DNA of 64,000 bases, taken from the NCBI RefSeq assembly GCF_006345805.1, contig NW_021831994.1:1-64000 (forward strand), written 5' to 3'. The first letter of the stretch is position 1; every line of letters starts with the position of its first letter. The notes under the pieces were generated by a model. That model had not been told where the DNA came from. It saw only the letters and a list, made by a program, of their open reading frames with translations, and did not search any database. Origin of the DNA: Octopus sinensis (taxonomy: Eukaryota). The position numbers were made by a program, and so were the translations under genes. Positions 38,981 to 51,396 of this stretch are shown piece after piece.

Positions 38981-39740
38981 ACAAGTTGAATAAAGTTAAA
39001 ACATGGTCTGCTTTTTACATTTTTTACTGTGGTATTTTAACATTTAAAAAAATTATTTTCTACTGCACTTAAAGTTAAATTATCACTTTCATTGTACTCA
39101 TAAGATTTCAAATGTGTTTATCTGACTGTTGAGTTCTTGACAACTTTAGTACCTCTTAGAACGCTCCAACCAGCTGAATTTTTAGAATCCTTTTTTGACC
39201 AATGCGCATGCTCTTAAACATCACGTTTTGCCAGGCATACTGGTATTCTGTAACTTGTTTATATTTATTAATCCGTATCATTAACTGGTTGCTATATTAT
39301 TGCTGTTATTTCTCTTCAGAACAGGTTTGAACATTTTAAGAAACCGTTTTTCTTCCATCTTTCTTCCAACCTCACTTGTGTCTTGTAGCTTGTGGAAAGG
39401 AAAAAATTAGAAACATTTACTTGCCATATGTCTCTATATGTTCGCTCAATGGAATTTGGCGAACATTGGTGTTCCGGATTTGTTGTCAAAAAATTCAGCA
39501 GTTGGGAACGTTCTAAGAAGTACTAAAGCTGTCAAGAACTCAACTGTTTGTTACATACATTTGTAATTTGGTGATTACCCTACGTATTAAAGCGCTAATT
39601 TAACTTTATGAGTATTACAAATTTTTCAATGTTAAAATGTTAAAATACCATAATAAAAAAGGTGAAAACCAGGCCATGTTTCAACTTTATTCTACTGATA
39701 TATTATCCCATCGCACAAACACACAAATTCGAAAAGATTT
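38981..39740 (-). mobile_element. 5'-truncated Penelope-like retroelement: GIY-YIG endonuclease C-terminus between inverted pLTRs, in (TA)n
   Basis: Minus strand 39485-39305 translates QQIRNTNVRQIPLSEHIETYGK*MFLIF/PFHKLQDTSEVGRKMEEKRFLKMFKPVLK. Inverted repeats at ~38983-39185 and ~39490-39698, plus a 40-bp tail. Confidence 0.82.
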
Positions 39741-40766
39741 ATATATTTATATATGAAATATAAAATGGGGGAAAAACGCAAAACATCTAGGCATTTAGGT
39801 AATACAAGAAAGGGATGATAAAACACCCAGATAGACGATACAAAGAAAATAAGGAGTAGTCATTCGGAATTTTCTTTCCTCAGTCAAGTTCCAGATTATC
39901 TTTGCAATTTCAGCTGGTTATACTCGATATTGCTCCAATCTGGCCAGCACCAAGGAAAACTAAGCTAAGAGCATTAGATTCCTTTGAAGAAAGCAGCTAA
40001 TATATACGTAAACAAGGACGGTAAAAAAAACTGATAAGGTTACACAAATACAAATCACAGGACAAAACAACAAGTGTCTTTCGACTAAGGACGAATCAAA
40101 TTAAAGCCTTACAGCAGGGATACAAGATTTCCCAGGCACATGGAAAATACAGATGTTGCACGGACAGCGGCCGAACCAAGAAAAAAAGGTCAGTCTTGGA
40201 CCATCACCATCACCAGGGGACAGAAGAGAGAGGTAAAGGACCCCTCTCTCACATTTCATTGCCTTCTCTTCATACTCACTTTCCCTCCTCTTTTCACTTC
40301 ATTGTGTCTCTGTCATTTTTTTTCTCACCCCTCCTTATTTCTTCTTTCCTTGTGTCTCCACCTGGCAAAATTAGGGAATGGTGTAGATACATTTCAAGCT
40401 ACATGTGTTTCATATCTAATAGAACCTCAGGAATAGTAATTGTCTAAAACGAGGGGGGGGGGTGATTCGGTGGCTACACGTCGAGCCAAAGATACAGTAA
40501 TCGAAAGAAGTTTACCTTGTCCTCAGGGGATCCTGTACTAACTCTCAAGATATTCGATCGAAAATATCAGCTACTACCCCTAAGCTATAAGATAACTTTT
40601 TCTTTTAGCTTATCGAACTTCGATATGGGAAACATTTACAACCTTCTACGTCAATAAACTAGTATTGTACTAGAAGTTGTTTTTTACATCTTCTACGGAC
40701 TGACTCGAAGCTTACCGACTACCTACGCGTTGATCGACGGAACTTACCTTTACTTATTATATATAC

Positions 40767-40797
<31 letters not shown>

Positions 40798-41732
40798 ATA
40801 TATTTATATATACATATATATATATACACACATATATATATATACACACATATATACCCACCACACACACACACATATATATATATATATGCATATATAT
40901 ATATATATGTATGTATACAAAAACATATATGTAAGTGTATGTATATAGATATACGCATATTTATACATACATTATATCTACCTATAAATGTACATACAGG
41001 TCTATATTTATATACATATATGCATTGTTTATCTATCTAAATTTCTGCCTTTACATTTGCACATACATATATAAAATATATAATGTGTGTGTGTGTGTCT
41101 CATATGTGTGTGTGTGTGTGTATGAGCATCTATATGTGCATATAGTGGTAAATGCTGATGCGCACATTTTGGAGCCAGCAAAGATTTAGAATACTGAATA
41201 TCATTAGGAAATGAACCGTGCCTTCATTTATTCAGTTGTCACACGCAGACGACACATCAGTCTATTCGCTTGTGTACGTGAACGCTTTCATGTCTTCTGA
41301 ATGGTATGTTTAAAACACACGTTAGCAGGAGAAGCGGTGCCTATTGTTAATTATGTCTTAGGTGTGCTAAATAAGTAAATGGGATTTTTTTGTTAATTAT
41401 GAGTCGATTTTTCATGCCTTCTCAAGTCTTTCATGTAAAAAGATAAACTGTTTTAGCCGAGAAATAATTGGAATTTGCTTCGTAAAAGGGATTTCCTAAT
41501 CTTTATCTGAATTCTCCGACAACGACGAGTTGTGCAAAACTGTGGAATCATTTTATAGAATATTATTGTGCTCCGAGAGACAAAAATCACACCTTTTGGA
41601 GCCTGAAAATTGCCGGTGACGTGAGGATATAATGGACAAATCGAATGTATATGGACAAACATACATACATGCATGTATATGTATATATACATATGTAAAC
41701 ATATATATGTACGTATATATATATATATATAG

Positions 41733-41781
<49 letters not shown>

Positions 41782-42044
41782 ATATATGTGTATATATATG
41801 TATATATTGTAAAATACAAAATACACAGTTATATCCTGAGATCGCTAGTAATAACAATACTCCAGATATAAAACAGACTGCAGTTGTAGTGCTCCAAATG
41901 AGTGAATTTACGCTTAAAATCATAAATCATTTGGTAAATTAAAAAATTTGGATAATAAAACATATAAAGGACATATTAAAATGACGTATTAAAAATTCCT
42001 GAAAAATACAGAAAAAATAAATATACAAAAATTACAAAACTTTT

Positions 42045-42126
42045 CATCTACTGGCCGTTTCGGAGACGCGCCAATTAATATGAAACATTTCATATATTCG
42101 AAACTGACACCCCCCTCATCAGGATG
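42045..42126 (-). ncRNA. Putative type I hammerhead ribozyme (canonical core)
   Basis: CATC-CTGATGA-GGGGGGTGTC...GCGCGTCTCC-GAAA-CGGCCAG-TA-GATG. Helix I CATC/GATG, GUA site. Confidence 0.7.
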
Positions 42127-42516
42127 TTTTTTACACACAATAAACAATACATGAAAACAAATGTACGATTACATACCAGCTATGAGCGCGAGACACAGAC
42201 ATTGCATACACCCAACCTACATATAGATACCTAATGCTACCTAATTAGCATACTGTTTTGTATGCGACACTGATTGTTATATATCTATATATATTATATG
42301 TTGTTTATTTATTTATACATTATTATATTTTTAAACGTTGGACTTTACATCTGTTCTGTAGATATAAATGAATATATGAATATATGTATGTGTTTGATCT
42401 TTCTTTGAGGATTCTAGTAATATTGCTTTAGTTACTGCTCGCATTGCCTCCGCTCAGATAATAAGTGTATGTACTGTATATATATATTATATATATATAT
42501 TATATATAATATATTA

Positions 42517-42562
<46 letters not shown>

Positions 42563-42731
42563 TTATATATATACATATTATATACCTATTATATATATAT
42601 ATAATATATATATATATAACATATATGTACATATATAACATATACATATATATGACATATATATATATATATATAATATAATATATATAAAACCTATGAA
42701 TATATGTATATATATCTATATAAATATGAAT

Positions 42732-42784
<53 letters not shown>

Positions 42785-43613
42785 CATATACATATAAGTG
42801 TGTATGTATGTATAAGTGTAATATACATATATGTATCTGTAAGTATCATTTAATACTAATCCTTTAAATTCCAAATATATTTGGACACTGAATTGATTTT
42901 ATATGTTCTTTGATTCAGCTATATCCTCTATAGTCTATATTATATATTCTTTCCTTCGTTTTCTCAAAAGGACGGGTACATATATGCACATATGTGTATA
43001 GCATGTATAGATGAATGTATACCATATATATATATATTATGTGCATACATATATAGATATATAAGTGCGTACACACGCATAGTGCTAACAGGCGTATATG
43101 CATCAACATAAATGTATATGTATATGAGTGTGTTTGTGTGCCTCTGTATGCTTGTGTGCGTGTGGGCATGGGTAGATTATTGCATGTCATATTATTTCTA
43201 TTTCCCACAACCTCCATGTTTGCATAAAACGATGAGGCTTTTAATTACTGCTGAATCGACCCTGGTACATGAATGCTATTTTATTTTATCGGTCCCAAAA
43301 CAATGATGGGTAAAGTTGATTTCTGAGGGAAACATTAAAGCACAAATGAAGAGACAAAGTGTGATATAATGTCGTTGAAACTATAGATGAATTTGTTTTC
43401 TGCCTGATAAGAGGAATTGTAAGATTGGTAAGGTGTAAAGCGATTGTTATCACGGAAATAATACGGCAGAAAATATATTAAAGAAGGTGGTAGGGAAGAA
43501 AGATAAGATGTCAGAGAAAGAGAGAAACAAAAAAAAAAAAAGATACTGACAGATTAAGAAAAAGTGAGAGGGAAAGAAACGAGAGAGCAAGAGCAATAAT
43601 CAGAGAGATAAAT

Positions 43614-43646
<33 letters not shown>

Positions 43647-43770
43647 GCAATGCAGCGGAAGAACAATGAAAAGAGAAGTAACGAAATGAAAATACAGAGC
43701 AACAACTCTATTAATAATGATGATGATAATATCCACAACAAAAACGTTACAAATACTACGACTACTAAAG

Positions 43771-43834
<64 letters not shown>

Positions 43835-43971
43835 CAACAAAAATGAATAAGAAGAGAAATAACCGTCATTGAGATGCGAACTTAAATGTAGCATAAATAA
43901 AAAAGAAATATGTAGTAGAAATATAACAGATGTCTAAGCTTTGTAAATACATAGAAATATGTATGTATGCA

Positions 43972-44345
43972 TAGTCGCAGGGTTGGTTGTGTGGTAATTA
44001 GTTTGCTTACCAACCACATGGTTCCGGGTTCAGTCCCACTGCGTGACACCTTGGGCAAGTGTCTTTTACTATAGCCTCGGGCCGACCAAAGCCTTGTCAG
44101 TGGATTGCTAGACGGAGACTGAAAGAAGCCCATCATATATATGTGTGTGTGTATGTTTGTGTGTCTGTGTTTGTCCCACCAACACCGCTTGACAACCGAT
44201 GCTGGTGTGTTTACGTCCTCGTAACTTAGCAGTTCGGCAAATGAGTAGGATAGAATAAGTACTAGGCTTACAAAGAATAAGTCCTGGTTCGATCTGCTCG
44301 ACTTAAGGCGGTGCCCCAGTATGGTCGCAGTCAAATGATTGAAAC
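43972..44345 (+). mobile_element. Full-length family B SINE
   Basis: ggttccgggttcagtcccactgcgtgacaccttgggcaagtgtc...gcagtcaaatgattgaaacaa. Confidence 0.92.
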
Positions 44346-44355
44346 AACTACAACA

Positions 44356-44403
<48 letters not shown>

Positions 44404-44442
44404 ATAATATAATGTATATATGTATTTAATATATAATGTATA

Positions 44443-44814
44443 CTAGCAGTATCGCCCGGCGTTGCTCAGGTTTGTAAGGGAAATAACTATAGCATTTTCA
44501 GAGAGTTATAGCCAAAAAATAGGAAAAAAATGATGGTAAATTTTTTTTTGAGAGTTAAAAAAAGGATGGAGATGCGTCCCCTAGACAGTTTGTGGTTCGT
44601 GTTTCTGATTCTCGACCCTGTCGAATTTATCGATTTTTTTCAGAACTGGGGGACTTTTCAAAATTTTGGCTGCGTTAGTTTTGAATTATGACATTGGGCT
44701 ATGTGTGTGTCAAGTTTCATCAGCATCGGTTGAAAGCCGTGGTCAGGGTGAGGGTACAAGCAAACAGACACACAGAAACACGCACAGACAAACTGCCGTT
44801 TATATATAGAGAGA
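44443..44814 (-). mobile_element. Non-autonomous Helitron
   Basis: Minus strand begins TC (TCTCTCTATATATAAACGGCAG) and ends with a GC-rich hairpin (CCTGAGCAACGCCGGG) then CTAG. It sits between A and T with no TSD. Confidence 0.85.
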
Positions 44815-45021
44815 TATGTATTTAATAATATATTATTCTTAATATTAGGAAATCAATATCAAAACTCCCCAGTAAGATATACACGTGTGAAAAATAATTG
44901 TTGTATTAAAAGTATATAAATAAATAAATAAAAATATGTATAAAAATATACGTAAATATGTATAAGTATAAATATATAATGTATATGACAGTTTAAAAGT
45001 TTTGAATCAACTGTTTAAAGC

Positions 45022-45111
45022 ATCTTACGATTGTTTCACAGAGGTGTTGTCCTTATAATAAAACCCTATATTGATAAGCATTTATAGACAACTCCTCTGC
45101 TCTTCAGAGAT
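45022..45111 (-). ncRNA. Putative type I hammerhead ribozyme (canonical core, long helix II)
   Basis: ATCT-CTGAAGA-G-CAGAGGAGTTGTC...GACAACACCTCTG-T-GAAA-CAATCG-TA-AGAT. Lies in an AT-rich element (~44825-45400) flanked by microsatellites. Confidence 0.75.
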
Positions 45112-45564
45112 ATAAAATTTTAATTCTGTATAACATATCGAATGGTAGTTTTTTTAAAATTTGAAGTAATACTATAAAATGGTGTTTGTTTGAAAGATTT
45201 AATTAAAAATTTAAAAATTACTGCTTTTGATGAGGGACTTTAAATCCATATATACTTCCTTGGTTATTCTTCTGCAATAATCCCAAATATTCATATGTAA
45301 AATCCGTTATATTATCTTGTATTCCAAATATAGTTCATATAGTCAGTATAGAAATGTGAAATTTCAAGATTCTCATACTAAAGTATATACAAATTTTACA
45401 TATGAATATCTATCTATCTACTATCTATCTATCTATCTATCTATCATCTATCTATCTATCTATCTATCTATATCTATATATATATATATATATATATATG
45501 TGGTGTGTGTGTGTATGTATGTATGTGATGTATACGTATGTATATATATATATATATATACATC

Positions 45565-45598
<34 letters not shown>

Positions 45599-46562
45599 AT
45601 ATATGGCGTGTGTATATATATGTATATATAATATGTGTGTGTGTGCACACACATACAAACATACATACATACATACATGTGTGTGTGTGTATTTATGTAT
45701 GCATACTCAAGTACAAATCTAACAATGTATATTCTTAGAATATATGATAATACATCAAAATGTTATTTAAGCTAAGAGAAATAGTGGAATGTCCTGAAGA
45801 AAGTAATACAAGATTAAATTACTTTTTGAAGCTCTATATATTTTCGTATCAGAATGAAAAAAAAAACACAATACAAAAAGAAAAAAACAACAAAAAATCT
45901 ACGAGCATCTATAACCACTTGTGCAATAAAAGTGAAAAATTGTTAAAAGTACGACCCATTTCTCTCTTGTTCTCAGTCACATTTTTTGTCTTCCTCTCTT
46001 TCTCACTCCCTCTCTCTCTCTGTCTCTACCTCTAAATCTGTTTCTCGTCCCTTAAGGAAATCAGACACCAATTTATCAATTGTTGCGTGGTGTCTTTTAT
46101 TCGCAGGTATAAAAATCATCCGATAAGTAGGCATAGAATATTCAAAGTATGTCGTTCTATAACATGCGTATTTTGGGATGTGTAAATGTATGTATGCAAT
46201 TATGTGTGTAGGTTAGTAAGTAATGAAGGTAGGTTAGCTGTTTCGTAGGAGAAGGTACGTGTAGGTACAAAAGATTTTTCCGGTTTTTGTGCATTTACTC
46301 AAATATTTCCTTTGGTGATAGTTTTTTTTGTTCACTTATTCAGCGTTGCAAGAAATTCTTTCAAATGTATCAGCTTCAATATTGCACAAATGATGTTGGC
46401 ATCAATTGTAAAATGCATCCTAGACTTGGCCCCCGTGCTATGCGTCCACTACAAAAATCTTACTCGGTACACCTAGCAACATTACGTCACAATTGCTTTA
46501 CCTCAACCGACCCAGTTCTCTTTAGTACATACCAAATACGTCAAAACGGAAACGGATCCTAT

Positions 46563-46976
46563 ATAGGCGCAGGAGTGGCTCTATGGTAAGTAGCTTGCTA
46601 ACCAACCACATGGTTCCAGGTTCAGTCCCACTGCGTGGCATCTTGGGTAAGTGTCTTCTGCTATAGCCCCGGGCCGACCAATGCCTTGTGAGTGGATTTG
46701 GTAGACGGAAACTGAAAGAAGCCTGTCCTTTATATGTATATATATATATATATGTGTGTGTATGTGTGTGTGTTTTTGTCTGTGTTTGTCCCCCTAGCAT
46801 TGCTTGACAACCGATGCTGGTGTGTTTATGTCCCCCTCACTTGGTTCGGGAAAAAGAGACCGATAGAATAAGTACTGGGCTTACAAAGAATAAGTCCCGG
46901 GGTCGATTTGCTCGACTAAAGGTGGTGCTCCAGCATGGCCGCAGTCAAATGACTGAAACAAGTAAAAGAGTAAAAG

Positions 46977-46977
<1 letters not shown>
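46563..46977 (+). mobile_element. Full-length family B SINE
   Basis: ataggcgcaggagtggct...gtcaaatgactgaaacaagtaaaagagtaaaaga. Confidence 0.93.
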
Positions 46978-47019
<42 letters not shown>

Positions 47020-47442
47020 GCACACACTTATATACATATCGTTGATATTATGCAAAAGTTTCGTTAGTCCAAAACTTTGCTTTATCAGAAGACGAAGAAA
47101 TAGTTTCACAATTCCATAGCGCAAACGTCTTAGTACACTTGGACGATTTCCATAGCTTAGTTTGAAAAGCAACTGGAGATACGATAGTTTTTGACTTAAA
47201 AAAAAAACGGCTATTGGAAGTAAAGATAAATATTTGAAAAAATGCCTTTGGGCAAATTTGGAGATACGATATTTTAACTTAATAGCAACGATATATGCGT
47301 GTGTTGTGCGTGTATGTGTGAGTACATATATACAAATATGCATGTGTGTATGTAAATACATATTGCATATGAATGTCATACCTATATGTTATGTGTATGA
47401 GTGTACATACGTACACACACAAACAGTCAATCTATTCGTATA

Positions 47443-47485
<43 letters not shown>

Positions 47486-47489
47486 ATAT

Positions 47490-47693
47490 TTAGCGCGCCG
47501 GGCGAAATGCTTAGCGGTATTTCGTCTGTCGTTACGTTCTGAGTTCAAATTCCGCCGAGGTCGACTTTGCCTTTCATCCTCTCGGGGTCGATAAATAAAG
47601 TACCAGTTTCGCACTGGGTCGATGTAATCGACTTAACTCCTTTATCTGTCCTTGTTTGTCCCCTCTATGTTTAGCCCCTTGTGGGCAGTAAAG

Positions 47694-47697
<4 letters not shown>
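47490..47697 (+). mobile_element. Family A SINE (5' end clipped)
   Basis: ttagcgcgccgggcgaaatgcttagcggtatttcg..gagttcaaattccgccgaggtcgac..ccccttgtgggcagtaaagaaata. Confidence 0.92.
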
Positions 47698-47735
<38 letters not shown>

Positions 47736-48941
47736 GTATATATATTTATATTCAATAACGCCGTGATTTAGCTCCATATAATCCAGTCTGGTGGACGTCG
47801 GAAACAGACGACCATATGCGTTGAATGTCATTTTCTTAAATTTGCGCATCCACTCCAATGTATATGTGTGCACCTGCATGTGTTCGTGTGTGTGTGTGTG
47901 TGTGTCTCTGTGTGTGTGTGTGTGCGTGTGTGTGTGTGTGTGTGTAGAACAGTAACGACGGAGAGCTCAGAGTATTGGCATTCTATGACATCACTAGACT
48001 GATGGTGTAACTGGGCGAATCTTCGAAGTCACTGTCAAAAGTATTCTTGATAAAGAATATTAAATTGGTACACTACCAAAAGTATTGAGTTATCATTCAG
48101 TGTAATGTAAAATTATTTTTGTATTATCATAGAAATATCTATATGTCTGTGTGTATGTATATATGTATATATATATTTGTGCATATATTCATACATATGT
48201 CTGTCTGTGTGAGTGTGCTTTTGTGTTTGGGGTTACATATGTATACATCTGGATTTTGAAGGTCACACAGCTTCTAAATTCAGACTACATCTTATTGTTA
48301 CTATTATCTCTGTATCCTGATCCATTCAACGAATACTCGGGCCACTTAATTTTATTAGAGTGATTTATCGCTTCATTTCACTCTGTGTTTTCAAGAGTAC
48401 AGACTTCAACATGCTTGATTTTTAACATTCACTCTGTTTCGATAGTTCTACCGATGTTATAAAAATACTATATATTCTCGTGTCGGTTTAAAAGTTGAAT
48501 CTGACCTTCTCTTTGGCAGGTGTGTTGTTATGCTGACGTAAGATACTTTTCATGATTGTTTAGTTTACAGCAATTAGCACAATGTACGTATACTTTACAG
48601 ACATACAATATAGCCTCGATGTCTCTGCCTCAAACAGCGAATGAAACTTGGAAGATAGAATCTTCAATATAGCGGATAAGAATTGCAATCATAGGTATGA
48701 AGAGACAATGAAACGGATGGGCTGAATTCGATAATATCTGATTTTGTCTATTTGGATATATTTTTATTGCAGACATGTTTGTATTGTAAAAATCGAGGAG
48801 GAAGTATGGGTCTGAGGTAACAGAACTCGCTTTGCAATTGCAAGACTGTGGTTTCTAAACTACTGCTTAGAATTTTAGATCTGTATCTTCTATTCCGCAT
48901 CCGACCACCAAACACCTTGTGAACTAAGTTATATATATATA

Positions 48942-48976
<35 letters not shown>

Positions 48977-48982
<6 letters not shown>

Positions 48983-49243
48983 ATCACGTGACCGACTAGA
49001 CCATCAGATGTTGCTATACATCGCTGGTCACAATGCGCTTCACACTGTTTTAGCCTTCGAATGACGCCACCCCGCTAGCTAAGCGAGCAGGCCAACAGAA
49101 GAAAGAGTGAGAGAAAGTTGTGGTGAAAGAGTACGACAGGGATCACCACCACCTCCTTGCCGGAGCCTCGTGGAGCTTTTATGTGTTTTCGCTCAATAAA
49201 TACTCACAACACCCGGTCTGAGAATCGAAACCCCGATCCTACA
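48977..49243 (-). mobile_element. OR-like SINE, family E (family C body, different tail), nested in the internal (TA)n of an old family B SINE (~48797-49560)
   Basis: Reverse complement matches 55586-55863. A degenerate family B head precedes it and the family B tail (ccagcatgaccacggacaaatgaccgaaacaagtaaa) follows. Confidence 0.8.
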
Positions 49244-49255
49244 GCATATATATAG

Positions 49256-49312
<57 letters not shown>

Positions 49313-50849
49313 TGTGTATTTGTAAATGTGCGTATGTTTGTGTGCGTGTCAGCTTGGATATCCTTACGTTGAAACCGTTTGAAAAACAATGGTGTCTATA
49401 TTTCTTTTCAGTTACTTAGCAGTGCGGCTAAGACACTTCGTAAAAATTAGTACGTAATTTTCGTCTGTGCTTTCTTTTTTTTCTTTTGATATTATCGGCG
49501 AATACCGTTCGAAGCAATACTCCAGCATGACCACGGACAAATGACCGAAACAAGTAAACGACGAAAACAAAGGGTATTGTAGTCATAAACAAGGCAACTA
49601 GTATAGGGCTTGAGTAGTGATGGAGCGTGGGCTAGTGTTTAGGATCGTGAGTTCAATCTCTGGGACGCGAAGAATAGTGTGTCCTTGAGAAATTTACTTG
49701 CATTAACGTTGCCCCGATGTATGTCAGCTGTAGGTGTGTACCAGCTGGATGCTGGTGCCGCTCTTTTCCTCCCAGCTGCTATATTTTCGATGTGCCAACG
49801 GTTTCTATGTTTGATTGAGACTATATAGTCACCTAAAACAATTACTGAAAGCATGGTACACGTTATATCAGGTCAAACTCCTACATGGATAACGGTTGGT
49901 TCTGTTCTGTACTTAGATGAATTTAGGCGCGTGGCTACGTAGTTAGAGGAGCTGGTCTCATAACTAGAAAGTTATGGGTTCAATTTATATCTTAGACGAG
50001 ACACTGAATCATATTTGAAAGAATAAAGAGGGCTTCCATGTCTGCTCACGACTACACATGCGCCTTAAGCAATCTGTGAAAGAATGGGATATGTTACCAG
50101 GCTACGCGTCCTCCTTAGTAACAAATTACTGTACTCCAATGTGTACGTTTTTGTTTATGTATAAGTTGTTATAGAAGAAATTATTGATGTGGACCAGAGA
50201 GATTTTAGCAAAAGTATTTGTTTGATACTTAAAGGGTTATACGGCTAAATAGTGTTTGCGATTGGTTAAATGCTACATTTTCTTATCTGGTGTAAGTTAC
50301 GTGACTATTCTTGTTTAATGGTATTGTTGGTGATTGGTTTAGCTTTTCTGTATTGTTGCGTGAAGATTGTCATTAAGAGCTTAACGTCAATCTAATTTGT
50401 GTGGCTTTTACTTTGGTCTGAATAGGTGAAGATTTTGTCAAACACACTTAGACATACACACACACACACACATGCGCACATACACGAATGCACACAAAAC
50501 ACACACGTGAAAGCTCGTTTCATAATTATGAGACTTTGAGTTCAATCTCAATGTGAAGCATTGCAGACAGCTGAATTTTTCAATAGCTTTGAGCCGAGCA
50601 ATTCTTTGCAAGTGAAACTGTACGGAAGCCCATCGCACGAATTGTGCGTGGAATTGAAAATATAAAGCCTCATCATAGGATGTGTGACGCTGACGTTTCA
50701 CTACGAAATATGTTGATGATTTATTTATCAGTAGAACACTCAGCGACATCCATGTTAATTCAATGAACAGTAAATTCCCTTACCCAGGCAAGTGAATTGG
50801 CATTATGAAACCGACGGAGATCCCACCCCCTCCTTTACAATTTCTCTCA

Positions 50850-50883
<34 letters not shown>

Positions 50884-50959
50884 ATGAGTGCGTGTGTATA
50901 TATATATATATTGTGTGTGTATGTGTTTATATATATATATATATATTGTGTGTGTATGT

Positions 50960-50993
<34 letters not shown>

Positions 50994-51396
50994 ACAAACA
51001 CACCCGCCGCCCAACCATATATATATTGATATGTACTGATAGAGTTTAACTGAGATTACTAGATTCGCAATACGAATACAACCTTTTTGGATATTTGAAA
51101 TTTTTGACAAAAGACTAACCAGGTTTACGATATCAGACGTATTCTGGAAAATTCGAAACCCGAGTACTAGGCTGTCCATCCTAGGTTGTCCATTTCTCAG
51201 GCGTTTTTCTTAGAGGTAAGAGAAAAACTTTTATGTTCGGCGCCCGCACACATCTTTGCTTCTATACCTTCAGTGAAGCGTTAGATAGCGTCAGACGGTT
51301 ATCGACTGCTATTTTCAGCAACCATAGGTGCCTTGTTGTGTTACTATTTCCTATTAATATATATATTAGAAATATTAAATTTCTAAATCTCTCAAA

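Noticed and set aside
41355-41650. Decayed mariner fragment (FPNL / FSDNDELCKTVESF / KLP..NGQ; TIR-like ttaggtgtgctaaataagt)
   Set aside because: Suggestive but fragmented over several frames with no second TIR. Not supportable without alignment.
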